64,000 bases of DNA from Felis catus (GCF_018350175.1 NC_058368.1:146508001-146572000); one strand, 5' to 3'; shown: positions 37,285-49,891, numbered from the stretch's first letter. Notes: generated from the sequence alone by a model not told the origin. Translations and numbers: made by a program.

Positions 37285-40150
37285 TCAAGGTGGCAGACTG
37301 ACCACATGCATTGGCCTCTCATTACTTCCAAAACCTTATTTACTGAATTAAAAGTATAGAAATGCAGAATAAAATCTCCCTTATACCTGTATCTCTCAAG
37401 TTCAGTAAGGAAAATGGAACCAATTAGTTCAATAGAGAGAGCTCAATATAGGCACCTATTTATGAAAGTGTAGGAACATCTAAAAAGCCAGGTGGATTTG
37501 CAACATCAGGGGCTACTGCCTCCAGTGGACTGGAGGGACCAAAGAAAAAATTAGTATTGCTAGAGCTCAAGGCCCTTCATGGTGAGAGGTTGAACCATGA
37601 GAACGGGGCTGCCTGGAGTCAGGAGGTGTTGGACAAAAAAGAAGAAACCATTTCTAGAGATGCTTCCAACGGCAGAAAGAGAAGGGAGAAATATATTGCC
37701 TTCTTCCTTCTTCTCTCTCCAATATCCTACCAATGCTTCCCACTGGCTGAACCTCCATGGAAGCCAGTTGGCATGAAAATGTCATTTACAGGAGCTGGTC
37801 ACTGCTCTGTGATCGAGAACAGAGCAGGGAAATGTTGAGTAATGACTAAAAGTAAAAAAGCAACTGCCTGGAACAACAGACAAGAGAGGATGGGAAGTGT
37901 GTATGTCACTAAAGATTGAGCTATTTAATAAATTACTGGGATACAAAAAGTAGATGAGAGCCATTAGATAGAAGAAAAGGGCAGAGAAATTGCCAGCCTA
38001 GAATACACTTTGACAGCTCTGTAAAGGAAGAAAGCTAATCTGCCCTGTGGAACCCCTGACATGCCTTGGGTATAGAGTCAGCAGACACAACAGAGGGGAG
38101 AGTGAAAGATGGAGCTAAACAGAGAGAGATTCCTCAAAGGTCTGAGTGTATCCAGAATTCTTCAGTCAGCACCCTATCTCCAACATACATAAACACAGTA
38201 AGCGGGCAGTTGGCATTATACTCCCAGTCAAAATATATGGTGACTCCTTTCTAAAGTAATTGGGCAAACTGGGAAAAGATAACATTTCTACATTTGCTGA
38301 TGCCTCAGAGGGAAGCCATTATCATTTCGGCACTGTGCAGGCACTCAGCCTGGGAGCCAGTTAACACTCCCATTGATCCTCAAAGTTTACTGGCCCACAC
38401 TGCCTGGCGCAACCCAGGAAGCAATTTCAGAAGAAGGGGAGAGGCCTGCTAGGAGAACAGTCTTCTGCCACTACAAAAGCAGAATATCTATTCCATCTAC
38501 CCAGGCCTGCTTTCTTAATAACAGAGAGAAGCCACTAGAATATGAGGAGAACAGTATAAAAAGAAAAGTACGAAATTCTAAAAAACAAACAAACAAACAA
38601 AAAACAATCTTGGAGGAAGTTGAAATGATTCAGGGAACAAAAAAATCATCCTTAGAAATATTTGCAAAAAGGTTCAAGAAAATACTACCTCTATAAAACA
38701 AATAGGAGAATGAGAGAATGAGAAAGCACTCTTAGAGATTTAAAATATAATTGCCAAAATAAAAAATTTAGTAGAAATACTAAAAAACAACAAAATCAAA
38801 GAAATCTCTCCGAACATTAATCAAAGAGCAAAAGATGGAAAATATGAGAATGAACTCAGAGGACCTATATTCAACTAATAAAAACCTCAGAAAGAGAGAA
38901 AGAGGCAAAGTGTTTAAATTATTCAACCAGATAGTAAAAAGATACGTGCCAGAGCTAAAGAAGGGTAAGACTCTTTGGTTTACAATGGCTCACCGAGTGT
39001 CCAACCCAGTGAATGGAAACAGACCCCCCACCTGGACACATTGTATGGGAAGTATCAGAACAACATAATTAAAAAGAAAACCTTACAAGCCTCTAGGAAG
39101 AAAAAAAGCCACAATTCACAAAGGAGAGAGACTCAGACTGATAACATTTAAAGTTCTGAGGTAAAACTTTTTACCCAGAATTTTCTATATTTGAAATATA
39201 TATATTTGAAACTGCATTTCAAAAATACAAGGACTTAGTACATTTACCACCTATGTGTCCTCTCTCATGAAGCTACTTGAGTGTCCTCAGCATAGAAGAT
39301 CAGTAACCAAGGAAGGCAGGAACAGTAGTTCTGACCCAGGAAAGGGATAAAGGGATGTTCCAGGTTGCCACAGGCCTCAGAGCCACCGGTCCTGAGGAGA
39401 ATGAGACAGTACACCCCAGGGGGAGACTTCAGGGACAGTCTGTGCCTTACGGAATAACTAATATGGCTTAGAATGTGGACAAAATAAAGGGCAAATAGCA
39501 AAAGGGATGGGAGTAGGAAGTAATAAAAATTCCAGAGGAAAGGTTATACTACACACTCTTGATCAAAATGTGACAAAAACTAATGCCTTGATTTTAAGGA
39601 ATCCATAGAAACAAAATTCTAGAAACAAAATTCTTTGGGTGGCTTAGATTTCTGTACAAGGGCCCATGGAAAAAGCACTGGAAGCCTAGTGCATCAGTTG
39701 GCATGGTGTAGATCTGTTTTTGTATTAAAGAATTAACACTGGCAAATCAGTTGGTTGGATTTCTATTAAGAGACAACCTAATGACCTAACATGAAAGGTT
39801 TGTTTGTATCTGCTGTTCTCAGCAGAAAACAGAAATACTGGCTACTTGAACTACATGTCAAAGCAAAACTAACAAGATGGCACCAAAACTTTCTGGGGGG
39901 AAACACGGAAAAAAAATGGAAGACTTTCTCAAGTTTTAAGGGGTGGTCAAGACCAAGAAACACGGTCAAAATTGGAAAAAAATGAGAATTTAGTTTTATA
40001 ACCTAAAAGGAACCAATAGTAAAACTAAAAGTAATATAATAAATATTCAGGTGGAAGGAGATAATGAAAATGAGCAAATCCCTGTCTTCATCTTGAGGAG
40101 TCACTACATATTGTCTAAAGTAGTTAGATAGAAGAGAACATGTATTAATC
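37285..40150 (+). mobile_element. HAL1-like (ORF1-only L1 relative) relic, interrupted by an LTR
   Basis: L1-type 5' end CAAGGTGGCAGACTGA; decayed A-rich ORF1-like region 38600-39300; CAGGCCTCAGAGCCACCGGTCC-type block resembling HAL1; no ORF2 recognised. Confidence 0.55.
37388..37870 (-). mobile_element. Old ERV solo LTR (LTR41/LTR78/LTR79-like)
   Basis: GGGAGAAATATATTGCCTTC..CTCCAATATCCTACCAATGCTTCCCACTGGCTGAACC..GGAAGCCAG motif block. Confidence 0.5.
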
Positions 40151-40229
40151 TAGATCCTTCATACACAAAAATGAGGTATTAACGTCACCTGTTGGAAAAA
40201 CCCTGTCTCAGCCCGCCCCCCTCCCCCCA

Positions 40230-40524
40230 CCCTGCCTACTGCAGAACTCCTGAAATGGAATCTGCATTTTAACAAGATCCATCAGTGTTTCATCTGCACG
40301 TTAAATTTGAATAGCACTCCTTTAAAACAGTGCTTCTTAATTTTGGCCATGCATTATTAGAATTGCCTGCAAAACTTTTAAAAATACATCATTTAGAAAG
40401 GGGCAAAGCCCAGGCCCCCACTTTAAGAGATGATGCTTTAAAAGGGATAGTGTACAGAAATCAGTATTTCTTCTTAACAACTTCTGAGGTAGTTCCAATG
40501 TGTAGTCATGGTTGAGAACCAGTG
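40230..40524. mobile_element. Two adjacent MER5-type hAT-Charlie elements
   Basis: GGAATCTGCATTTTAACAAGATCC half element; then CAGTGCTTCTTAA ... TTGAGAACCAGTG TIR pair (40328-40524). Confidence 0.7.
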
Positions 40525-40644
40525 ATCTAGAAGAACTATGGTAAGTGACAAAGAGAATGAAGACCAAAATATTTTAATTTTGTTTCTGGATCTATCAGGG
40601 CATTGGGCTGAGGATGAGGAAGCATGGAAAAGACTTGTTTTAAA

Positions 40645-40980
40645 TGAGTAAACAAACAAAAAGCAGAATCAGACCTATAAATACAGAGAACAAACTGATG
40701 GCTGCCAGAGGGAAGGAACGTGAGGGGTTGGGCAAAATGGGTGAAGGGGAGAGGGAGACACAGGCTTCCAGTTATGAGATGGGTAAGTCGAGAAGTACAA
40801 GCACAGCATAAGGAATACAGTCAATGGTATTGTAATAGTGATGTAATGGGACAGATGGTAGCTACACATATTGTGAGCAGAGCATAATATATAATAAACT
40901 TCTCTGAATCACTACGTTGTACACTGGAAACTAACATAACACTGTGTGTCAGCTATACTCAAAAAGAAAAGAAAAAACAT
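40645..40980 (+). mobile_element. Older carnivore L1 3' end
   Basis: AAGCAGAATCAGACCTATAAATACAGAGAACAAACTGATGG..CAGCTATACTC followed by A tail. Confidence 0.85.
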
Positions 40981-41179
40981 TTTTTAATAAGAAATGTTAC
41001 AATATTTGATCTGTATCTTACACATGTGTTACTTGAAATATAGGTTTCTTTTTAAGCATATAGCCTTCCACTCAGAAATTCTACTTATAGGAATGTTTTT
41101 AAGAAAATAATTGATATATTACACAAATATTTATGTTCATAATTTTAAGAATTATAAACAATTAAGTGTTCACTTAAAA

Positions 41180-41640
41180 AAGTGATACCTGCACAACCAT
41201 GTTTTTCACAACATTATTCACAATAGCCAAGACAGAGAAGCAACCCAAATGTCCACTGGTGAATGAACAGATAAACATAATGTGATGTATGCAGACAATT
41301 ATATTTTATTCAGCCTTAAAAGGGAAAGAAACTGTCCCATGCTATGACATGGATGAATCTTGGAGATATCATGCTAAGTAAAATGAGCCATTCACAAAGA
41401 GACAAAGATTGCACGATTCTCTTGTATAAGGTATCTAAAATATTTAAACTCATAGAGCACAATGGTAGTTACCAGGGGCTGAGGGAGAGCTGTTGTTCAA
41501 TGGATTTAGAGTTTCAGTTCTATCAAGTGAAAAAGTGCTAGAGATTGGTTTGAGAACAATGTGAATAAAGTCAACACTGCTGAACTGTATACTTAAGATG
41601 GTAAATTTTATGTGTTTTTTACCCCAATAATTTTTAAAAA
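41180..41640 (+). mobile_element. L1MB-type 3' end
   Basis: CATTATTCACAATAGCCAAG..GCAACCCAAATGTCCA; ORF 41344-41541 resembles ORF2 end; ACTGAACTGTATACTTAAG-type terminus. Confidence 0.85.
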
Positions 41641-44519
41641 GTATGTATTTTGTTAAACAACTCTGTATACGTTTGAATGTATAGTAAAAATTGTAGTAGA
41701 TTATGCAACAAAGTGGTTGTATGGCTTGCAAAGCTACAATTGAGACTGCTTCTCTTCACTTTCTAGATTCTTTGCTATTTTAAGAGTAAGCACAAAGTAT
41801 TGTTATAATTAAGGGGAAAAAGAAGAAGCTGTTTCCACTTTGAACAATATAAAATGAAACTTTCATTGGAGTTTACAATGACTGAATGACTCATATACTG
41901 AGCTCCCTTATTTGCCAAAGAAGCAATTACATTCTCCTGAGGAATTCAAGGCTTCACATCCCTTTAGGAAATGGTTGTGTAGTGTCTGGATCTTCTGGGA
42001 CTTCTGAATATTCTCTCTAGTCTTGGGGAAAAGAAGCAAAAACTAAGTAGCCCTTTTACACATGAAGCAGAAAAACTGGTTAACGTCATAGAACAGATTT
42101 TGTCTCATGAATTCCTTTAGCTTCAAGGAATAGTAAAGCAGAGCGGACATTGGGGAAAATGAGAGGAGGAAGGGGCATGGAGGAGTTAATTGCTCTGGAC
42201 AGAACTGCCCAGCCCAAGTGTATGTTGACATTTTAGCTCTGTGTTACCACTGTTTTCTCTTGACCCTCTCTGGGTATCCTGAGTCACAGTGACAAAAATG
42301 TGGGTCATTACATCACAACTGTTTTACGATTATTTGTGTTCGCACGTTTGACACTTGTGGTCCATTGCTAATGCTATATTGTGCTGAGACGGCGTCATTA
42401 ACCATTTTTCTTTTAATTTCAAAGCCTGGCCTAATGAAATATCTATAAAAGTGAAAAAAAAAGAGTTAAACCAGAAGATCTTTAAGATTATTAAAACCAA
42501 ATGTTCAAAAAAGGAGTTTCACTGTTAATGTCAAAATATCTCTGTGGCTCTGTAAAGCTTTTAGATTCTACCAGATACTTAAGTCCATCAATAAGCTAAT
42601 GTACATTGCGATCAGCAAATCCATGGATCATGCTTGTGTGGGAATTCTTTTGTGTTATCTAACTCTTCTAATAAGAATGGCTCCATACATCCATGTTGAG
42701 TGCTTTTTAACCTCACAAAAGTTAGATGGCATGGCAATAATCTTAGCAACCAAGGGTCTAAAAAACACAAAAGTTATTAAAGGTATCACAGAATGAATAG
42801 ACCAGTTCTTCATTCTGTTCAGCAGAGCACCAAAGAATTTAACAAATCTTATCTTTAATCTAATGTTGGAATTGTGATCCTGGACTATTTCTCTTCTTGT
42901 TATTAGGCCTGAGTGGAGAACTTTGGTTTGTCATGATTTTTTTTATGGAATAATCCTGAAATACCACATTCCTGGTCCCTCTTTTCCTTTCTGTAATCAG
43001 TCATCCCTCAATTTAGAATACATCTTCTATCCTTTGAAGAGAATGAAAATATTCGGTGAAGATAAAATAGTTTAATAATTTAGTAATGTTTTTTACACTA
43101 TAAGTGACCCAAGTTTTTACCTACTCACAGAATCTTTTATGACACTGGTTGTTAATATTTTAGAGTCAGGCAAAAGAACAATTTACAAAACTTAGAGAAA
43201 GAGAGGGAAAGAAAGGAGGGAAAGAAGGAAGAAAGAAGAAATGAAGGCAAACAATCATAGAGCTAACTTTTCAGATAAGTTCAATATAGGCAATGGTTCA
43301 GACAATTCAATTGAGTGTCTACCCCAAACCCAATTGGAATGAATGTTCAGATCTATAAAATAAAAATATAATACAGATAAAAATAGCCTCAAGTTGTTTT
43401 ATATAATCTGTAAGGATGTTTTTCCTAAATCATACAGGTAAAGTGTTGCTACAGTTTTTCAAACTGATATTATAATTTTTAAATAATTCCACGCAAAGGA
43501 AAACTAAACCCATTTTCTCATTGCCTCCAGTATAATTTGGGTAGCAAGCCACACAAAATTTTTGAGTGGATTTGTGCTGAGTTAGAAGACATTCTCAATA
43601 TCTGGGTCTTTAAAAATTATGCTAAGCTTGCAAGTCCATAGCAGATCAAGAATAAGAACTGTCTTAGGAGGTTTGTTGGTTTTTCTATAGTTTATATGTA
43701 GCCAGCTGGTTTCTGACCTCTTTGTGTAAATATCCAGCTTTTCACATAATCAGATTCCATATTACCTTGTTATGACATCATTCTGGTCAGACTTTGATCC
43801 CTTACTAACTTTTCCAAACCATGCACATAGACTTAAATAACGATAAGAAGATTGCTACTTATCCACAAAATACCACTGCTTGGTGGTGGTTAAAAAAACA
43901 AAAAAAGTATACACCTATATGCATACATGTAAATACACATCTTTATACATTTTTGTATGTGTATATATATATATATGCATAATAATGAATAGACCTACAG
44001 AAAGGTTAGAGATACACCAAAAAGAAAAGTGTATTTTATTTGATACTAAATTATTGAATTTTCAAATTGTGTATTGCTAGTGACATACACATTTAAGTTT
44101 CCTCTTTCTGCAGTTGTTACCAGTTGATACTTTTGTTCAACTTGTATTTTAAAAGCAGGTGAATTGAAATGTAGAATTTGAGACCTTGTTATGTATTATT
44201 TTTTTCCACGGATAGATGAAAATAAAGGTTAAGCTGTATTCTTTGCTGATCCGGAAGCCTGGGTATAAAAGACGCAATGATCTTGTAAATTACCCAGAAA
44301 TGGCTTCTTTAGTGTCTGATCAAGATAAATGACACAAGGCAGCTGTAAAAAGAATTCCCACTAGCCACTGACCCATAAACAGTGGTGTCATTTTTCTTTT
44401 TTAGAAAAGTATCAAAATCAATTTAAAATAACACCAAATCTTTAGAGTTATAATTAAGTGTCCTAAATTATGCTTCATGGGATATTATTTTAACCAATAT
44501 TATTTTTTTAAGTTAAAAT

Positions 44520-45020
44520 ACATTAAAACACTGATTGCTAGAGAACTTTGATGTCTGTGAAATATGAATCATTTTTCTGTGGGCCCACTGTATTCCCATT
44601 ACCTAGAACAGTGCCTGGTACATAGTAAGTGGTCAGTAAATATGGTTGAATGAATGAATTAAAGAAATAATAATATATTAAGATAATAACAATAATATAT
44701 TAACTCATGTGGAAATTTGGATAATAAAAGTGATGTCACTCACACACAAAAGACAAAGGTACAGAACTAATAGATACATTGGTAATGAATGTTTATTGAC
44801 CATTTTTTTATGTGTTAGGCATTCTACTAAGTGCTTTGCATGCATTTTCTTATATAATGATCTAAATAGTCTTATAGAAAATAGTGATTAGGCTATCTCA
44901 CATGAGAAACTATGGCCCAGAAAACAGTAATGCCTTCAAGGTTACAGCTAATAAATGATGGTGCCTAAGTTAAAATTCACATCATCCTGGCCCAGAATAT
45001 ACATATTTTAACAACTGTGT
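44520..45020. mobile_element. L2 3' end (+, ~44520-44660) and MIR (-, ~44780-45020)
   Basis: CCTAGAACAGTGCCTGGTACATAGTAAG..TTGAATGAATGAAT; TTTATTGACCA..ATGTGTTAGGCA..CTAAGTGCTTT. Confidence 0.75.
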
Positions 45021-45110
45021 ACCTGTCTCTCAATGTACTGTGTTTTCATGCTGACTTTATGGTCCCTATGATCATTGATAGACTGTAGCTACAAAGAAAA
45101 AAAAAACTAT

Positions 45111-46110
45111 AAAGCTTCTGCACAGCCAAGGAAACAATCAACAAAACTAAAAGGCAACGAATGGAATGGGAAAAGATATTTGCAAATGACATATCGGACA
45201 AAGGGCTAGTATCCAAAATGTATAAAGAGCTCACCAAACTCCACACCCGAAAAACAAATAATCCAGTCAAGAAATGGGCAGAAAACATGAATAGACACTT
45301 CTCTAAAGAAGACATCCGGATGGCCAACAGGCACATGAAAAGATGCTCAACGTCACTCCTCATTAGGGAAATACAAATCAAAACCACACTCAGATATCAC
45401 CTCACGCCAGTCAGCGTGGCCAAAATGAACAAATCAGGAGACTATAGATGCTGGAGAGGATGTGGAGAAACGGGAACCCTCTTGCACTGGTGGTGGGAAT
45501 GCAAACTGGTACAGCTGCTCTGGAAAACAGTGTGGAGGTTCCTCAAAAAATTAAAAATAGACCTACCCTATGACCCAGCATAGCACTGCTAGCAATTTAC
45601 CCAAGGGATACAGGAGTGCGGATGCATAGGGGCACTTGTACCCCAATGTTTATAGCAGCAATCTCAACAATAGCCAAATTATGGAAAGAGCCTAAATGTC
45701 CATCAACTGATGAATGGATAAAGAAATTGTGGTTTATATACACAATGGAGTACTACGTGGCAATGAGAAAGAATGAAATACGGCCCTTTGTAGCAACGTG
45801 GATGGAACAGGAGAGTGTGATGCTAAGTGAAATAAGCCATACAGAGAAAGACAGATACCATATGTTTTCACTCTTATGTGGATCCTGAGAAACTTAACAG
45901 GAACCCATGGGGGAGGGGAAGGAAAAAAAAAAAAAAAAGAGGTTAGAGTGGGAGAGAGCCAAAGCAGAAGAGACTCTTAAAAACTGAGAACAAACAGGGT
46001 TGATGGGGGGTGAGGCGGGGGGGGAGGGTGGGTGATGGGCACCTTTTGGGATGAGCACTGGGTGTTGTATGGAAATCAATTTGACAATAAATTTCATATA
46101 TTGAAAAGAA
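45111..46110 (+). mobile_element. 5'-truncated felid L1 (~1 kb), ORF2 C-terminus frameshifted near 45581
   Basis: ORFs 45161-45583 and 45616-45888 are consecutive ORF2 pieces ([21 protein letters not shown] / ..KDRYHMFSLLCGS); TSD-like AAAG(A)nCTAT on both sides. Confidence 0.96.
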
Positions 46111-46479
46111 AAAAGAAAAACTATGCTTTACTAATTCTAGAAGAATTAAGGCTCTCATGATATATTGGGTTTTATATCAACAGATTAAATATTTTTATTA
46201 TGTACAAATTTAAAAATCAATTACAGTACATAGGAATTTTTCCTGCAAACACATTTGCACAAATGGGAAAAGAAGTTCCTGTAAGGATTTAACTGTTGCA
46301 TTTTTTGTATAATGGTAAAAAACTGGCAACAGCCTCAGGGCAACTTGGTTAGACGTTAAGCCAATTATGAATGTGTAGTGGATGGCTACACAGTTATTAA
46401 AAAGATTGACAAATGGCATTCCAAGGTTGAAAAAAAATAGCAAACTGTTCATGAGTACCGCAGATTGTGGAATCAAGTA

Positions 46480-46620
46480 GATCTGCTTTCATCCTAGCTC
46501 ATGCCCACTTACCAGATACGACCCTAGGCAGTTACTTAGCCTTTGCGGGCCTAATTCTCCTCATCTGTACAATGTGGATACTAATAGTATATATACCACA
46601 GGAGTTGTAAACAGTATTGG
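46480..46620 (+). mobile_element. MIR fragment
   Basis: CCACTTACCAG..ACCCTAGGCAGTTACTTAGCCT..TCCTCATCTGTACAATG. Confidence 0.7.
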
Positions 46621-46790
46621 TAAAGGAGCTGTAGGGCAGGGGAAGCTTATATGCAGCTTCAGCCTATGTTTTTTTGTCTTGGTGTCATAGTGTTTTAAGT
46701 ATCTGGATTCACATAAGTAGGCAATTACCAATGGCAGTGGCAAAGAAAGTTGGCCAAATTGCTGGCCAGAGTGACAACATTTTCAGATTC

Positions 46791-47020
46791 TTTTTTTTTT
46801 TTTAATTTTTTTAAGTTTATTTATTTTTCACAGAGAGAGAAAGAGAGAAACAGAGCATGGCTGGGGGAGGGGCAGAGAGAAGGAGACAAATAATCTGAAG
46901 CAGGCTCCAGGTTCTGAGCTGTCAGCACAGAGCCCGACGTGGGGCTCCAACTCACAAACCATGAGATCATGACCTGAGCTGAGGTCGGACTCTTAACCGA
47001 CTGAGCCACCCGGACACCCC
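46791..47020 (-). mobile_element. Can-SINE, tail-side member of a composite cassette
   Basis: T tail on the left; head ends CCGGACACCCC at 47020. Confidence 0.94.
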
Positions 47021-47158
47021 TGTTTCTGGTTTTTCTATCCTGTTTCATTGATCCATGTGTCTATTTTTGTGCCAGTACCATACTGTTTTGATTACTACAG
47101 CCTTGTAGTATAACTTGAAATCTCGAATTGTGATGCCTCCAACTTTATTTTTCTTTTT
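47021..47158 (-). mobile_element. Isolated ~140-bp L1 ORF2 internal fragment
   Basis: TGTGCCAGTACCATACTGTTTTGATTACT..TTGAAATC..GTGATGCCTCCAACTTT, antisense of the GGIT.PDF..YYKA...KTVWYW region. Confidence 0.88.
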
Positions 47159-47379
47159 AAAAAAAAAATTTTTTTAATGTTTTATTTATTTTTGAGACAG
47201 AGAGAGACAGAGCGTGAGCAGGGGAGGGGCAGAGAGAGATTAAGACACAGAATCCAAAGCAGGCTCCAGGCTCTGAGCTGTCAGCACAGAGCCCGACTCG
47301 GGGCTCGAACTCATTGACCGCGAGATCATGACCTGAGCTGAAGTCGGACGCTCAACTGACTGAGCCTCCCAGGCGCCCC
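47159..47379 (-). mobile_element. Can-SINE, head-side member of a composite cassette
   Basis: Near-consensus felid body; head ends GGCGCCCC at 47379. Confidence 0.95.
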
Positions 47380-47894
47380 CAGATTCCTTTTTTAAAAGAC
47401 TGTTTCTGATAGAAATTTTAAATGCCACAAACTGTATCCCTTTCAACGACCAGTCTAATTCTACTTTATATGGCATATTCAGTGGATCTTCAATCAGATT
47501 CTTTTGTTGAATGAGGAAATGTTCATCAAATTTTGTTTCTCAGGGCAGAGAGAGATGACTGACCGTGATTTTCCCCTTGAAATCATTAATGTGTTAATTA
47601 CACATCACTAAGTAAAGGAAGAGAGACAAACATTTCGGGCACAAGATCAGCTCTCTGCATCTAAACCTTAAACTCCATTCTCAGTTGAAGCTTTCTTCCT
47701 GACATTACAGTGAAAACAGTCATAGTTTGGCCAATAGAATTGTCAACTAGCTTCAGGGGGAAAAAAAAGCTAAATAGGCCAGCTCTCTGAGCCAATCTTT
47801 ATTGAGGCACAATGAATTCATTAATCTTATTCAGAGTTTTACTTTTGTCCTCATGGTTTTTTTTTTTATTTTTCTTCATGAATAAAAACATGTT

Positions 47895-48385
47895 TGATTT
47901 TATTTTTTAATTTTTAGTTTTAATTTTCAGTTGAGTATAGTTGCTACACAATGTTACATTAGTTTCAGGTGTATAATATCGTGATTTGACAAGCTTATAT
48001 ATTATGCTATGCTCATGACAACTGTAGCTACCATCTGTCCCCATTCATTGCTATTAGCATATCATTGACTGTATTCCTTATGCTGTGACTTTTATTGCCA
48101 TGACTTATTCAATCCATAACTGGAAACCTGTATCTCCCACTATCCTCCACTCATTTTGCCCACCGTCCCACTTCCCTCCCCTCTGGCAACCATTGGTTTG
48201 TTCTCTGTATTTATAGGTCTGATTCTGCTTTTTGTTGTGTATTTTTTTTGTTGTTTTTTTTTATATTCCAGTTATGAGTGAAATCATATGGTATTTGTCT
48301 TTTTCAGTCTTATGCATAAGATCTTCTAGGTCCATTGATGTTGTCTCTAGTAGCACCCCCTCTTTCTTTTTTTATGGCTGCGTGA
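47895..48385 (-). mobile_element. Older carnivore L1 3' end
   Basis: Reverse-complement relative of 40645-40980 (TTCTCTGTATTTATAGGTCTGATTCTGCTT). Confidence 0.88.
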
Positions 48386-48668
48386 AGTACATTGCTACTG
48401 TGGTCTAGTTGGTCAATTTATTCCTCACAGGGGACTTTTGCAATTCTTAGCACGTGTATATTATTAGGGATTAACAGATAAGTAAGTACATTGTGATATT
48501 GAGAGTGAGCGTTCTTACCTTCAGAGAAAGAAGTTGCAGATAAAGGAATGAAGTCTAGAATGAAAGCGGCCATGCTGGATTAGTGTCTGAGAGATCAGAA
48601 TGAAGCATGTTTGTTTTGATAGTAAGTGGATAGATAGAGTGAGCATAGATATTTAAATACATATTTGC

Positions 48669-48703
<35 letters not shown>
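48669..48703. repeat. (TA)n(CA)n microsatellite
   Basis: Direct read. Confidence 0.9.
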
Positions 48704-49009
48704 GATAAAGAGATACATAAATAAATATGTATAATACATGCTTACATGTGTGTGTATGTGTGTATATGAGTCTGATTAGTCAAGGGGAAGGCAGCAGAGC
48801 CCTCAGCAGTTCCAGCAGGTTTTCTGAAGAGAGAACCATGTGACTGCATGTACTACTGTGCCAGAGTGGTTTCTGGGAGTAGTCATGGCTCACAAGAGAA
48901 GATAGAGCCACATGTGCGAATAACACACCCATGTTCCCAATTTATAACGCCAAATACCAATTGTAATCTTTTATTTAAAACAGCATTCGCACCAGTGTTC
49001 ATATTCTAG

Positions 49010-49370
49010 CACTGCTTTAGTTAAGTAATGTTAGCTGCTATAAAAATCTCAGTGGCCTAATACAAGTTTATTTCTCGCTTTTGTCACTCTCTAATGAGAG
49101 TTGTCAGGGTGGCTCTGTCCCATCCAGTCATTCGAGAACATAATTTGCTTTCTTCCTTAACACGATATTGTCTTGTATCATCAAGTAGGTGGGTAAGGAA
49201 AGAGAGAATAGAGGATCCCAAGAGAGGTTGTTAAGAGATGAGGCACGTCGCTTCTACCCGCATTTCATTGGTAAGAATGTTAAGAGGCTAGCAAATGTGA
49301 TTGAGTGCTGGCCCTAGGTAGAAAAGGAAAGTCATGTGTGTCTTTGGGCACTGGCCTTCTCTGCTACAAA
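49010..49370 (-). mobile_element. Old MaLR LTR (MLT1J/K-like)
   Basis: TAGCTGCTATAAAAATCTCAGTGGCCTAATACAAGTTTATTTCTCGCT. Confidence 0.6.
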
Positions 49371-49716
49371 AACTATACCAATTTCATCCACTATATTTTT
49401 GTGGTAGGGCTTATAGGCATCAATAAATATAGGAAATAACCTGGGGCCAAAGGGAGAAAGTCTCTTGCAAATTAGCTTGTAGGATTCTGCTATACTCACG
49501 TGTCTTCTTGCCAGCCCTCTTTGCTATGATTTTGCTTCCTCATGAGCTTGGCTGGTAAACCTGGCTCCTGGCTTTAAATCAGCTTCATCTTCAAGCTCTC
49601 GTGCTAATCCTTTAAATTCTGTCCAGGAAATATCCCACCATAGCTCTCCCGACCCCTAAAGTACTCATGAGTATACTTGAGAATGTACTTCTTTGTCTCC
49701 CCAACACTAGCAGAGT

Positions 49717-49852
49717 GAATTGCTATTGCTATAACTATTGCTATTAACAATAGTTATTGCTATTGACTATGCAAATTGAATTAGTTACTAGAATTGACTA
49801 TGCAAATTGAATTCTAAGTTAATAGAATTGCTATTAACTATGCAAATAGTTC
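49717..49852. repeat. Complex direct/inverted micro-repeat with three ATGCAAAT motifs
   Basis: ATGCAAAT at 49769, 49800, 49840; 21-bp direct repeat; 10-bp inverted repeat. Confidence 0.85.
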
Positions 49853-49891
49853 TTAATTTGATTTTATTAAAAATAAAATCATGACTAATTT

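Noticed and set aside
39606..39634. 14-bp tandem duplication TAGAAACAAAATTC, with similar micro-repeats near 1232-1259, 29495-29550 and 54921-54962
   Set aside because: Ordinary local slippage duplications with no further structure.
45161..45888. Two ORFs (140 and 90 aa) with Cys/His-rich content
   Set aside because: Frameshifted L1 ORF2 C-terminus in a 1-kb truncated copy with no promoter, ORF1, endonuclease or RT.
40645..48385. Inverted pair of related carnivore L1 3' ends about 7 kb apart
   Set aside because: Independent diverged insertions of a common family, with no shared TSD or sign of a composite element.
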